Below are positions 1-11,300 of a stretch of 64,000 nucleotides of DNA, one piece after another. Source of the stretch: Neophaeotheca triangularis (taxonomy: Eukaryota); assembly GCA_054600435.1 (NCBI GenBank), contig BAAIJX010000005.1:620001-684000 (forward strand), written 5' to 3'. Within the stretch, counting starts at the first letter, position 1. Every line of letters begins with the position of its first letter. A program made the translations under genes and the position numbers. The notes under the pieces are model-generated. The model ran no database searches, was not told where the DNA came from, and saw only the letters and a list, made by a program, of their open reading frames with translations.

Positions 1-2
1 CC

Positions 3-974
3 GCCTCCTTCATTCTAAGCGGAGACGGCATTCACATCAACGGCCATAACACAGGTGGCATCGAGGGCAACGGAGATGTTTGGTACACTGCAGACGCCGG
101 CACGACACGTCCAGGTCGACCCATGCCCTTTGTGTTTTGGAACGTCAGCGACGTAACAGTCCGAAATTTCTTCATCAAAGACCCTCCCTTGTGGGCTTAC
201 AACATGATGAACGCCACCAACGTCTGGATGGATAACGTTAGCAGCAACGCGACTTCCACCCAAGCCCCCTACGGCGAGAACTGGGTCCAAAACACGGACG
301 GCTGGGACACAATGGACGCCTACAACATCAAGCTCACCAACCTACTCTTCCAAGGTGGCGACGACTGCATCGCCATCAAACCCCGCAGCTACAACGTCGA
401 CGTCCAAAACGTCACCTGCGTCGGCGGCAACGGCGTCGCAATAGGAAGTCTAGGCCAATACCTCGAAGACTCGAGCGCCGAAAACGTCGTCATGGATAAT
501 GTGACTGTCATACGCATCAACGAGGACTTACACAACAGCGCCTACATCAAGACCTGGACAGGCGTGCTCACAGATCAAGGAACAGGCCAAGGCGCTTACG
601 AATCCGCCGGTAAACCTCGCGGCGGCGGCTGGGGCGTCGTGCGCAACATCCTCTTCTCCAATTTCCACGTCTACGGCGCCGATGGCGGTCCATCTATAAG
701 TCAGGAAAGCGGCGGTAATGGCAGTTTTCCTGGCTCTTCGTTGATGGAGGTCTCGAATGTGGCTTTTGTGAATTTCACGGGTTTTTTGAGTGGTGATGAG
801 AAAAATGGCCGGACGGCGACTGTCAGTTGTAGTGGGGTGTGGCCTTGCTATGGAATTACTTATAAGAATGTTGATCTTACGGTTGCGGAAAATAGCAGTG
901 ATACTGGGGTTGCCAAGTGTAATTATGTTAGGGAGCATGGGGTTTGGGGTCTTGGGCAGGGTTGTGACTCGTGA
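3..974 (+). CDS. Glycoside hydrolase family 28 (exo-rhamnogalacturonase / RgxB-like), 5'-truncated by the window edge
   Basis: The frame is open from nt 3 (ASFILSGDGIHINGHNTGGIEGNGDVWY...GRPMP). It carries GH28 motifs NTDGWD, GGDDCIAIK, GNGVAIGSLG and YIKTW. GNG/YIK in place of GHG/RIK suggests a rhamnogalacturonan-acting subgroup. Confidence 0.85.
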   Translation, partial: ASFILSGDGIHINGHNTGGIEGNGDVWYTADAGTTRPGRPMPFVFWNVSDVTVRNFFIKDPPLWAYNMMNATNVWMDNVSSNATSTQAPYGENWVQNTDGWDTMDAYNIKLTNLLFQGGDDCIAIKPRSYNVDVQNVTCVGGNGVAIGSLGQYLEDSSAENVVMDNVTVIRINEDLHNSAYIKTWTGVLTDQGTGQGAYESAGKPRGGGWGVVRNILFSNFHVYGADGGPSISQESGGNGSFPGSSLMEVSNVAFVNFTGFLSGDEKNGRTATVSCSGVWPCYGITYKNVDLTVAENSSDTGVAKCNYVREHGVWGLGQGCDS

Positions 975-1904
975 GGGTGAAGATGAACATGAACATGGGT
1001 TTTTGAGAATTCACAACTTGTTTTCTTTATCATACTCTATTGGTGATGTTGCTACTGTGCTGGGATATGCCAGCTCCCAGAGCAGCAAGAAAACTGTAGG
1101 GTCGGAGTTTGAGTTTCCTCTTGGATGCTAATGACTTGTAGTAAAGGCTCGCTGAATAATCGCTCCACATTGGCCAGTGAATGTGGTATCTGTGCTGTTG
1201 TTAGTCCCCGTTGGCGTATCTCGAATTCTTGATTGTTTATTCGAGGCCGATGGTGATGGAAACGGTGCTTTTTTGCGAAGAGCGGGGGCTTGGCTAGCCG
1301 ACGTCGGACCTGCCTTCCTAATTGAGCATACACGAGAGGATTGTGCCTGCCTTGGAGAGCTACACAACCTCACATGGGGAGTACTGAGGTAGTATGCGTT
1401 TACGTTGGAGTTATGGCATCGTTTCCGGATCTCGCCATTGAGGTCGCCCGCAAACTCTCCGCACAAGAGGAGGTTGCACATACGGAGGTAGACTATTGTC
1501 ATTAGCCTTCCGATTCGAATTCGTCCCCCCCCCTCGGCCTTCGTTCCTGAATCACCGCATGCCTTATCTTATCTAAGTAGCTTTCTGCCCCGCCAGGCGA
1601 ACCGCGGCGCGAGCACGGCACCACCGCAAAAGCAGCTTACCTACCCTTGTCACCAGGCCAATCGCGGAAAAGAAAGAAGAAACACAACCTCTTTCACCTC
1701 CCCCTCGTCCTCTACATTCTTGCAACGGTCGGCGAGCTCTTCCCAGTCTACTTCACTTGACTCTGCCTGCACTCTGCTCGCTCTCCCGCTTTCGCCAGTC
1801 GCCTCGAACTTGTCGAGCTCGAGCCGCTCGCTCGAGCTGTTGAGAGAGCTTCGAGTCACCGCTTTGGAGAGGCATTGGTCCTGATCCCAACCTTCACCGG
1901 CACC

Positions 1905-4900
1905 ATGACCGACGTAGCAGGCACCCACAGGACCACGGAGAATGGAGGCGAATATGGCACTCCGCACGCCGACGGCGACACCCACTCCTTCGCCAACACG
2001 GTGCATAGCAGGCTGCGCGCCAACAGCTCCATCATGCAGATGAAGAAGATCTTGGGCACGTCTTCCCGCGCACCCTACTCTGTAATGCCGATTGCGACAC
2101 CAAGCTAACCGCACTCGAGCTTTGTAGTTGCCAACAGAGGCGAGATCCCCATTCGTATCTTCCGTACCGCTCACGAGCTTTCGCTGCAGACTGTCGCGGT
2201 ATTCAGCTATGAGGACCGTCTTTCCATGCACAGGCAAAAGGCCGACGAGGCCTATGTCATTGGCAAGAGGGGGCAGTACACGCCTGTCGCTGCCTACCTG
2301 GCCGGCGACGAGATTATCAAGATCGCGAAGCAGCATGGTGAGTAGACAGCACCACCATCCTCTGGGCAGCCTTGCCTCGCCCGTCCCTGCACTGAGATAC
2401 CGGATACTGACTCGGGTTCGAAAGATGTCAACATGATACACCCTGGCTATGGTTTCCTCAGTGAGAATTACGAGTTCGCGAAGGCTGTGGAGGCGGCCGG
2501 CCTTATTGTATGTAAAGCAGGTTTCGAGGCTCTCGAAGAGCTAGACTAACAGTGTCACCATAGTGGGTTGGTCCTCAACCGCACGTCATCAACGACCTCG
2601 GTGACAAGGTCTCTGCTAGAAAGGCAGCTATCAAGTGCGACGTACCAGTCGTCCCTGGCACGCCTGGGCCTGTTGAAAAATTTGAAGAGGTCAAGGCTTT
2701 CACCGACGAGTACTCGTTCCCTATCATCATCAAGGCTGCTTTTGGCGGTGGTGGCCGCGGTATGCGTGTGGTCTGGAAGCAAGAGGATCTGAAGGACAGC
2801 TTCGAGCGAGCTACATCTGAGGCCAAGTCCGCCTTCGGCAACGGCACCGTCTTCGTCGAACGATTCCTCTACCGCCCGAAGCACATTGAGGTGCAGCTTC
2901 TTGGAGACAACCACGGCAACGTTGTTCACCTGTACGAGCGTGACTGCTCCGTTCAGCGCAGACACCAAAAGGTTGTCGAGCTTGCCCCAGCCAAGGACCT
3001 CCCTCAAGCTACTCGCGATGGCATTCTGTCGGATGCTGTGAAGCTGGCCAAGTCGGTCAGTTACCGCAACGCTGGTACTGCTGAATTTCTGGTTGACCAA
3101 GAGGGCCGCTACTACTTCATCGAAATCAACCCTCGTATCCAGGTCGAGCACACCATCACCGAAGAAATCACTGGTATCGACATCGTGGCTGCTCAGATCC
3201 AGATTGCGGCCGGTGCGTCGCTTGAGCAGCTCGGCCTCACGCAGGACAGGATTTCGACACGTGGTTTCGCGTTCCAGTGCCGTATCACCACCGAGGACCC
3301 CTCCCAGGGCTTCAAGCCCGACACGGGCAAGATCGAGGTCTACCGCTCTGCTGGTGGCAATGGTGTGCGTCTTGACGGTGGAAACGGGTTTGCTGGTGCT
3401 ATTATCAGTACGTTTGACACCTTTGTCCCCCTGAATGCCGCGCGACATGTACTGACATTCTTCTCCAGCCCCTCACTACGACAGGTAACTTAAAATGCAC
3501 ATCCAACTCGGAAAAGGTATACTAACAAATCTTATAGCATGTTGGTCAAGTGCTCCTGCCATGGATCGACATACGAAATTGTCCGCAGGAAGATGCTGCG
3601 TGCCCTGGTCGAGTTCCGTATCCGTGGTGTCAAGACCAACATTCCCTTCCTCGCATCCCTCCTCACTCACCCAACGTTCGTCGACGGCACTTGCTGGACA
3701 ACCTTCATCGACGACACGCCTGAGCTCTTCTCGCTCATCGGCAGCCAGAACCGTGCACAGAAGCTGCTTTCCTACCTGGGAGACATGGCTGTCAACGGCA
3801 GTCAGATCAAGGGCCAGATTGGCGAGCCCAAGTTCAAGGGCGACATCATCATGCCCGTTCTCAAGGACAGCAACGGGAAAGAAATTGATGTGTCGGAGCC
3901 CAGCAAGAAGGGATGGAGAAACATCATCACCGAGCAGGGACCAAAAGCATACGCTAAGGCTGTCAGGGCGAACAAGGGTTGTTTGATCATGGACACTACC
4001 TGGCGTGATGCACACCAGTCGCTCCTAGCGACCAGAGTTCGTACCATCGATCTGCTTAACATCGCCAACCACACCAGCCATGCGCTCGAGAACGCGTGGG
4101 CTCTGGAGTGCTGGGGTGGCGCGACATTCGACGTGGCCATGCGTTTCTTGTACGAGGACCCATGGGACAGGCTGCGCAAGATGAGGAAGCTGGTGCCCAA
4201 CATCCCATTCCAGATGTTGCTCCGTGGTGCCAACGGCGTCGCTTACTCTTCGCTCCCCGACAACGCCATTTACCACTTCTGCGAGCAGGCCAAGAAGAAC
4301 GGCATGGACATCTTCCGTGTTTTCGACGCTCTCAATGATGTGGAGCAGCTTGAAGTTGGTGTCAAGGCTGTGCTCAAGGCTGATGGTGTTTGCGAGGGCA
4401 CAATCTGCTACTCGGGAGACATGTTGAACCCTGGCAAGAAGTACAACCTAGAGTACTACATGAGCTTGGCCGAGAAGATTGTTGGCATGGGCGCCCACAT
4501 TCTCGGTATCAAGGACATGGCTGGTGTCCTCAAGCCCAGGGCTGCCACTCTACTCATCGGCTCGCTCAGGAAGAAGTACCCTGACCTTCCCATTCACGTC
4601 CACACGCACGACTCGGCTGGTACTGGTGTGGCATCCATGATTGCATGCGCCGAAGCCGGTGCCGACGGTATCGATGCTGCCACTGACAGCATGTCCGGTA
4701 TGACCTCGCAGCCTAGCATTGGCGCCATTCTCGCATCGCTCGAGGGTGGTGAGTGCGACCCGGGCCTTGATGGCTCCAAGCTGAGGGCTCTTGACAGCTA
4801 CTGGGCTCAACTCCGCCTGCTGTACTCGCCATTTGAGGCTGGTCTCACGGGTCCCGACCCAGAGGTCTACGAGCACGAGATCCCTGGTGGTCAGCTCACC

Positions 4901-5893
4901 AACTTGATCTTCCAAGCTTCCCAACAAGGCCTGGGTGCCCAATGGGCTCAAACCAAGAAGGCTTACGAGCAAGCCAACGACCTCCTCGGTGACATCGTCA
5001 AGGTCACACCCACTTCCAAGGTTGTCGGTGACCTTGCCCAGTTCATGGTTTCCAACGGTCTCTCGTACGATGACGTTCTCAACAAGGCCACTCAGCTCGA
5101 CTTCCCGTCCTCGGTGCTTGAATTCTTCGAAGGTCTGATGGGCCAGCCATACGGCGGCTTCCCGGAGCCTCTTCGCAGCAACGCCCTCCGCGACCGCCGC
5201 AAGATGGACAAGCGCCCCGGTCACTACCTCGACCCGATGAACTTTGACGAGATTCGCACCAAGCTCAAGGAGAAGTTTGGCGGGTGCTCCGAGACTGACG
5301 TGGCCAGCTACGCCATGTACCCCAAGGTCTTCGAGGACTACAAGAAGTTCACACAGACGTACGGGGATTTGTCCGTGCTGCCGACCAAGTACTTCCTCTC
5401 GCGCCCCGAAGTCGGCGAGGAATTCAACGTCGAGCTCGAAAAGGGCAAGGTGCTCATCCTCAAACTCATGGCCATTGGCCCGCTCAGCGAACAGACTGGT
5501 CAACGCGAGGTCTTCTACGAGATGAACGGTGAGGTGCGCCAGGTCACCGTCGACGACAAGCAGAGCTCCGTCGAGAACAAGAGCAGGCCCAAGGCCGACT
5601 CGAGCGATAGCAGCCAAGTCGGCGCACCCATGAGCGGTGTTGTCGTTGAATTGAGAGTGAAGGATGGCGGTGAGGTGCAGAAGGGTGATCCCATTGCTGT
5701 GCTTAGTGCCATGAAGATGGTGAGTCCCCATATAACTATCTCTCGTAAAGTACACATTGAAAAGTCTAGTCGCTAACGTATTTTACAGGAAATGGTCATC
5801 AGCGCCCCGCACGCCGGCAAGATTGGCTCCATGGGTGTCAAGGAGGGCGATTCGGTCGACAGCCAAGACCTCATTTGCAAGATTGTCAAGTGA
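1905..5893 (+). CDS. PYC1: Pyruvate carboxylase (7 exons)
   Basis: Exons 1905-2055, 2128-2337, 2425-2507, 2564-3407, 3469-3484, 3538-5719, 5789-5893. Motifs: KKILVANRGEIP, GGGGRGMR, ERDCSVQRRHQKV, DTTWRDAHQSL, HVHTHD, and the biotin attachment site AMKM|E. Confidence 0.97.
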
Positions 5894-6390
5894 GAAGTGC
5901 TTTGCTGGGATGTTTTGTCATTGTCGATGCAAGCAAAATTGAGATGAATTGTTTTCTTTTTCAACGCGTTGGAAGGCAGTAGCTTCCGTGTCGCGCTGTT
6001 GGTAGTGTAGCGATGCTGCAATGTACCTTTTTCCATACGTGTACATGACTGTCCATCATGTCAACGTTCAAGACTTGAGTCGCGGATAAGGCGCGTGAGT
6101 GAGTTGACGCCGACGGGAGACGGGTGCTTCGTCTCAAATGTCTCCAAGCTAGCGTGACTGACGATGAAGCCCAAATTCCCCGAAAGGTCGCTGCTACGAT
6201 GAATGCAAAGCCTAACGACGATACCTACGCGACAGTTGAATGTGTATTCAAAAAAGAAAGCTCTTTCAAGATATCAAAAGATCCAATCTAACACAAAAAC
6301 AACCATGCGCATCGTGAACCCCCTCCCCTCCCCGGGCCTCCCAACCTCCCACCAACCAACCCCTCCAACTCAGCGGTGAGCCCGCCAAAT

Positions 6391-6804
6391 TCACTTCTTC
6401 TCCGGAGCAGGCTTAACAGCACTAAATAAACAAAAAAGAAAAAAACAATCGTCAGTTTCCGCACCTCCTTCGGTTTTGAAAAAATCGCGCCACCCGGGGA
6501 GACTTCTTTTGAAGCATCCATCTCACTCACGTACCTCTCCCACAAATTCCCCAACACGCCCTTGGGCTGGCTCTGCTCCGTCAGGCTCTCGCGTCTTTGC
6601 TGCGATGCCGCGCTCTCCGGGTTGCGTTTCAGGTCTTGCAGGTTCGCGAACTTGGTGTCGGAGGACTGTAGGTTGGGGGGGGGGGGCGGGGTTAGTTTGG
6701 TTTTTAGGGTTTTGGTTGGTGTTGGTGTTGGTGTTGGTGTGGCTGACCTTGCGACGAGCGTCGTTGGTGTCGGTGGAGTTTGAGGAGGCTGCTGGGGAGG
6801 TCAT
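6391..6804 (-). CDS. Small 72-aa protein, conidiation-specific protein 8 (con-8)-like, 3 exons
   Basis: Exons 6804-6748, 6665-6535 and 6421-6391 have GT..AG ends and CTAAC/CTGAC branch points. They splice to MTSPAASSNSTDTNDARRKSSDTKFANLQDLKRNPESAASQQRRESLTEQSQPKGVLGNLWESAVKPAPEKK*. The family name is from recall of the RRxSS..F..L..KR..RRxS..EQ..G..G..W pattern. Confidence 0.7.
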
Positions 6805-6842
6805 GGCTGTTGGTTGGGGTAGGGATGATGGGATGGTATGGA

Positions 6843-6900
6843 ATGGGATGGGACGGGATGGGATGGGATGGGATGGGATGGGATGGGATGGGATGGGATG
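6843..6900. repeat. (GGGAT)n pentanucleotide microsatellite
   Basis: About 11 tandem units are directly visible, just upstream of the con-8-like ATG. Confidence 0.95.
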
Positions 6901-7399
6901 ATATGATATGGGTGGGTGGGTGGGAGGTAGTAGTGGATTGATAGGTTTTGGTATGCTTTGGAAGTAAGGTATGGATTTATTATTATTGTTATTGTTATGC
7001 CTCAGCTCGCTGCCCCATAATAATCGATTCCCAAAAGGCTCCAAGGCTCGAAGATCACTTGGAGAGCTTGCGAATCCACCTACCTTCGTACGTATACCTT
7101 CCCTTACCCTTTACCCTTTACCTTGTAACGCGCATAGAGCACTGACCGACCCTCCTTGTCGAGCATCGAAGCGTGAGGTGGCCATTGGCTCGTTTTGACT
7201 AGACCATGAGGAGGGTCACGAGACTGCTCTGGGAGGGGGTGAGGCCTGGCCCTGGGGGTCTGGATTCTGGAATCCGATCTACATGATGAGATTCTTCTTC
7301 TTCTAACGAATAATAATAAATAACTTGGAAGTGGTCGGGTGGCTTCCATTAGCTGCTTCATCCGGCTTCGGCTTGACGTCGTGATCGCCGAGCTTTTCG

Positions 7400-7407
7400 T
7401 GACGTCA
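7400..7407. promoter_or_regulatory. Palindromic ATF/CREB (CRE) site TGACGTCA
   Basis: Perfect TGACGTCA with a near-copy TGACGTCG at 7375, about 600 bp upstream of the con-8-like gene. Function is inferred. Confidence 0.35.
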
Positions 7408-8350
7408 GCCACATTGAAGCGAGAAGCCGGTCACGTGCTCAAACAATGCCCTGTTCCAGACCTCCAGCTTTTGCTGTTCGACGTCGGTGTCCTCGGCTGC
7501 AATAGTGATAATAGTGTGCCGAAGCTCACCCTCACTTCAGCTCCATAACCACCACACTAGGCAAGTAATAAAAGGTAACTGCCCCAACCAAGGCTCTTTC
7601 ATCTCCCAGCCGGGTGGGTAGAACGGCGCAAAACGGCTACGGCTGAGACTACCGGGCTCGAGCCGCTTGTCTGGCTACGAGCACTCCTCGACGGTAAAGG
7701 CCAGAAGTGGGAAGACATATGGAAGGGGGGAGGGGGAGGTCCAATTTTGCCGGCGAGGTCGGTGGGTTTGAACTTTTGAGATTGTAATGTGGAAATGTTT
7801 TTTTTTTCCATTGTCGAATCAAAACTCTAGCGGAATCCCGTCATGTTAATTGCTCTCGGCCGATGAAACGTGCAATGGGCCTGGCAAACCTCAGACTGCG
7901 CCCGGTCGATAAGGGGGCAAGCGCGTGCTTTAGATGCGAGGCCCCTTGGGTTGGAGATCGTGGAATGTTGCCAGGGAGGTCAGAGTCTCCAAAAGAAAAA
8001 GAAAAAGTGCAGAGGTCAATGCTTTGGTGGGACAAACCTGAAGACAATGACAAACATCGCACACCGGGACAAAGACCAAAGGTGGAATGAGATTAAGCCA
8101 CAAATGTAAAAAGTCCTACGTACTGTACAGAAAAGCTCCATCCCTCCTCAAGAAGTCTGTCGCAACAGCCCAGTTGAAGATACAATGTTTGCTCGGGAAA
8201 GAAAACAACAACGCCCGCTCGACAGAAAATGCTCCGAGTCCCCGACCGAGCACGCAGCAGCGATCAGCAAAGACGATTACAGACCGTTCTGCTGCTGCTA
8301 CTCAGCCATTACTACTAACTTCCTCCTCTCACTTCATTCTCAGCCCTTAC

Positions 8351-11300
8351 TCATCTGAAACCCCCGTAGTTGCCGGTAGGCTGCGGCATAACGCCGTTCA
8401 TCTGCGGAGCAGGGCTCTGGCCACCCATGGGGCCCTGCGTGAGCATCAACCTCGACTGCCCGAGGATAGGGCCGGAGTCCTCGTCCTTCTTCTCAGAGGC
8501 CTCGCGCGCTTTGCGTTCGTCGTTGTCCTTCTTCAGGGTGTCGATGGTCATCGCCTGCTGCGCCATGTGGTTGATCATGAAGGGCATGGTGAAGTCGTGC
8601 AGGCCGTTGCGCCATGCGAGCTCCATGACCGTGTGCAGCGGGATGAGCTCGTAGCAGGCGTACAGCATACCCACGTAGCATTCCTTGCTGCCGATGTCGA
8701 CGAAGTAGCGCAGGAGGTCTTCGACCACATCGGTCTTCTGACTGATGGCCGAGGTCTCGATCGCGTCCTTGTAGAGCTTGTCTTGCTTGGAGAGTGCAAT
8801 CGACTTGTCCCAGCGCTTGTTTTTGCGGTAGATGCTGGCAGCGATCTGGCGGAAGAAGACAAGTTCGTGCTTCTCGAGGCGCTGGGCGAGGGCAACGGCC
8901 TCGTAGTTGTCGAAGTTCTCCACCGAGTCGCGCAGAGTCTTGTAGTCTTCCTCTTCGATGAGCAGGTCGTTGATCGCATCATTGACAGCACGCTTGTTCT
9001 GGCTTTGCACATTGACGAGGAATGGCTTGATGAGGGGGATGTTGTCCGACTTCTCGAACATTTTGACAACACGGTTGACGTCAATGCGAGGGGTGAGTAC
9101 TTGCAGGAGGTCGGTGAGAAGATTGGGCTGCTCTTGGAGATAGAAGTTGAGAGCACGGTAGTAAATCTCCAAGTTGGCCACCTTGACGATGGTCTCCTTG
9201 AAAGTGTGGTGCTCCCATGCATCGGCAGCGCGCTCCATCATGGCGAGGGCGGCATTGTCGTACTCGTCGTAATGAGTGTAGAGGAAGACAAGCTCAGGCC
9301 ACAGATGGGCGAGCTCTGCAGCCCTTATCATCTTGGGGATGTTGATGCGGCCCCAGAAGATTCGGAGGTGCTCCATCACACGATCCGGGTGGTATTTGCT
9401 GAGCGCAATGCCGAGCTCCGAGAAAACGCCCATATGAGCTGGACTACGTTAGCCTGCGTATTCTGCATGAGAGGGGAGGGAATACATACCGCGTTCAAGG
9501 CCGAGACCAGCCTCCAAGAGGGAAATGAGCTCATCAAAGTACCCATTGCGCTCATACAGCTTGACCAGATCCTGCAGTTCCTCGGCATCGACGATGAGGT
9601 TCAGACCACAGATCTGCGCCAGGCGGAACTCCTTCTTGCCAATGCAAGCAGCGTGGACCTGCTTCCATACCTTGACGTTGTTGGCCTTGCGAGCACAGTC
9701 GACGGCGGCCTGGTAGTCTTCCAAGTGCACAAGAGTCGTGGCGAGTTTGGCCCAGTTGCTGATGCTGCTGTAGAAGATCTTGGCAGCCTCATGGAAGCCT
9801 TCCTCGTACGCCTTGTCACCGGATTCCTCGACGTTGGCCACGTTGGTGGCGTGGAGGAAGTCTTCGAGCTCGGACAGCTGGCTGGTGCGGGCGAAGCAGA
9901 AGGCGAGGGCGGTGTCGACAGCAGGCTCGCGAAGGGTCTTGCGTGCCATGCGCAAGTACTTGATGAGGTCCTCATCTTTGCCGGCGTGGGTGGCAGTCTC
10001 GATGACCTCGCCGTAGTTGCTCGGGTCTTGCGCGTGGATGTACGAGTCGATGGAGTCAGTGACCCTCAGCCCGTCGAGCTGGGCCTTCGCGACCTTGCTC
10101 CATACCTCGGGGAGATCGACCTGGTCGGCGTACTCCTGCGCACGATCAATGCTGACTACATGGTCGACGAGAACGGTAGTGGCGGAAAGGTGGTCGTTGG
10201 CCTTCTTGTGAATCAAGAACGCCTCCTCGTACATACCAACGTCGATACATGCTTGCGCAATGTCCTCAGGGCTGTAGTTCTCGAGCTGCTGGATGTAGTT
10301 CGCCATGCGACCACGGTCAGATTTGGCTGCCGTGAGCATGAGCAAGTTTTGCAGGTTGGCATTGTCGCTGAAACTGGTGGGCTCGAGGATGATCTTCTCG
10401 AGAAGCTCAATAAGCTCGACGGGAAGATCGGCTTCGAGGAAGGCGCGAACAGCCAAACTGACTTGCTCAGGGTCCTGACTTTCAGGGACAGCAGTGGAGA
10501 TGACCTGGTCGATGAGCGACCTCCTGTGGATGTTGTTCTCACTGAGCACGTAGGACCAGATCTCTGGGTCAGCACGCTCAAGCAAATATCTGGCTTGCGG
10601 CTTGAACATGGAGTTTTCGTTGGTGATGCTGATGAGTTCGAGGTCGTTCTGGCCCTTGCTGTACGCAATGAAGGCAAGGTTGGGGTCGCGCTTCTCGCAG
10701 TACTTGCCAACGCTCAAAGTATCGTACATGTCGTTCTCCTTCAGGAATTTCTCCGGGTTGTTGTTGCTGTCAATGTAGATCTTTGCGAGAGCGTCAAATA
10801 CGGCCTGCTGCTGGTTGCCGGCCGCAAGAGAAGCCTCGAGGAATGGCAGCAAGATCTTCAAGCGGTTGCGCGACTCGACCTCGCTGACAAGCTCATCTAT
10901 CGGAATAGAAGATGGCTCCACCGAGTTTAACAGACCCTTGACAATGTTCTCATCGCAGTCTACATCAAGCAGGCCGCCAATAACACCAGGCGTCCTCGCT
11001 GGGTTGACGCGCTGAACATAGACTTCGATGCTCTTGAACTGCTGGTTCTTGTACAGGTAAAGCACCAGGTCGTGGACGAAGTTGAATCGGTCGCAAATGA
11101 TAATCAAGGGCAACTGCTCGGTCAACCTCTGTTCCTTGAGGAAGTTCTTGACCTTCTCGGGGTCAAGCGCGTTGCTTTCACGACAGATTCGCTCAACCTC
11201 TTGCAGCTGACCCATCTTAGTAGCAGCCTCGATGTACTTGAAGGTGACGTCCTTGTCCTCGCTGAGGTTGACGATGCCACCAAGGTAGAAGTAGAGACCT

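Noticed and set aside
4550..5755. 401-aa (and 297-aa at 2555-3448) minus-strand ORFs within pyruvate carboxylase
   Set aside because: Antisense shadows of PYC caused by codon bias.
8087..10930. 947-aa plus-strand ORF overlapping clathrin
   Set aside because: It is the in-register antisense shadow of a strongly codon-biased gene and has no recognisable motifs.
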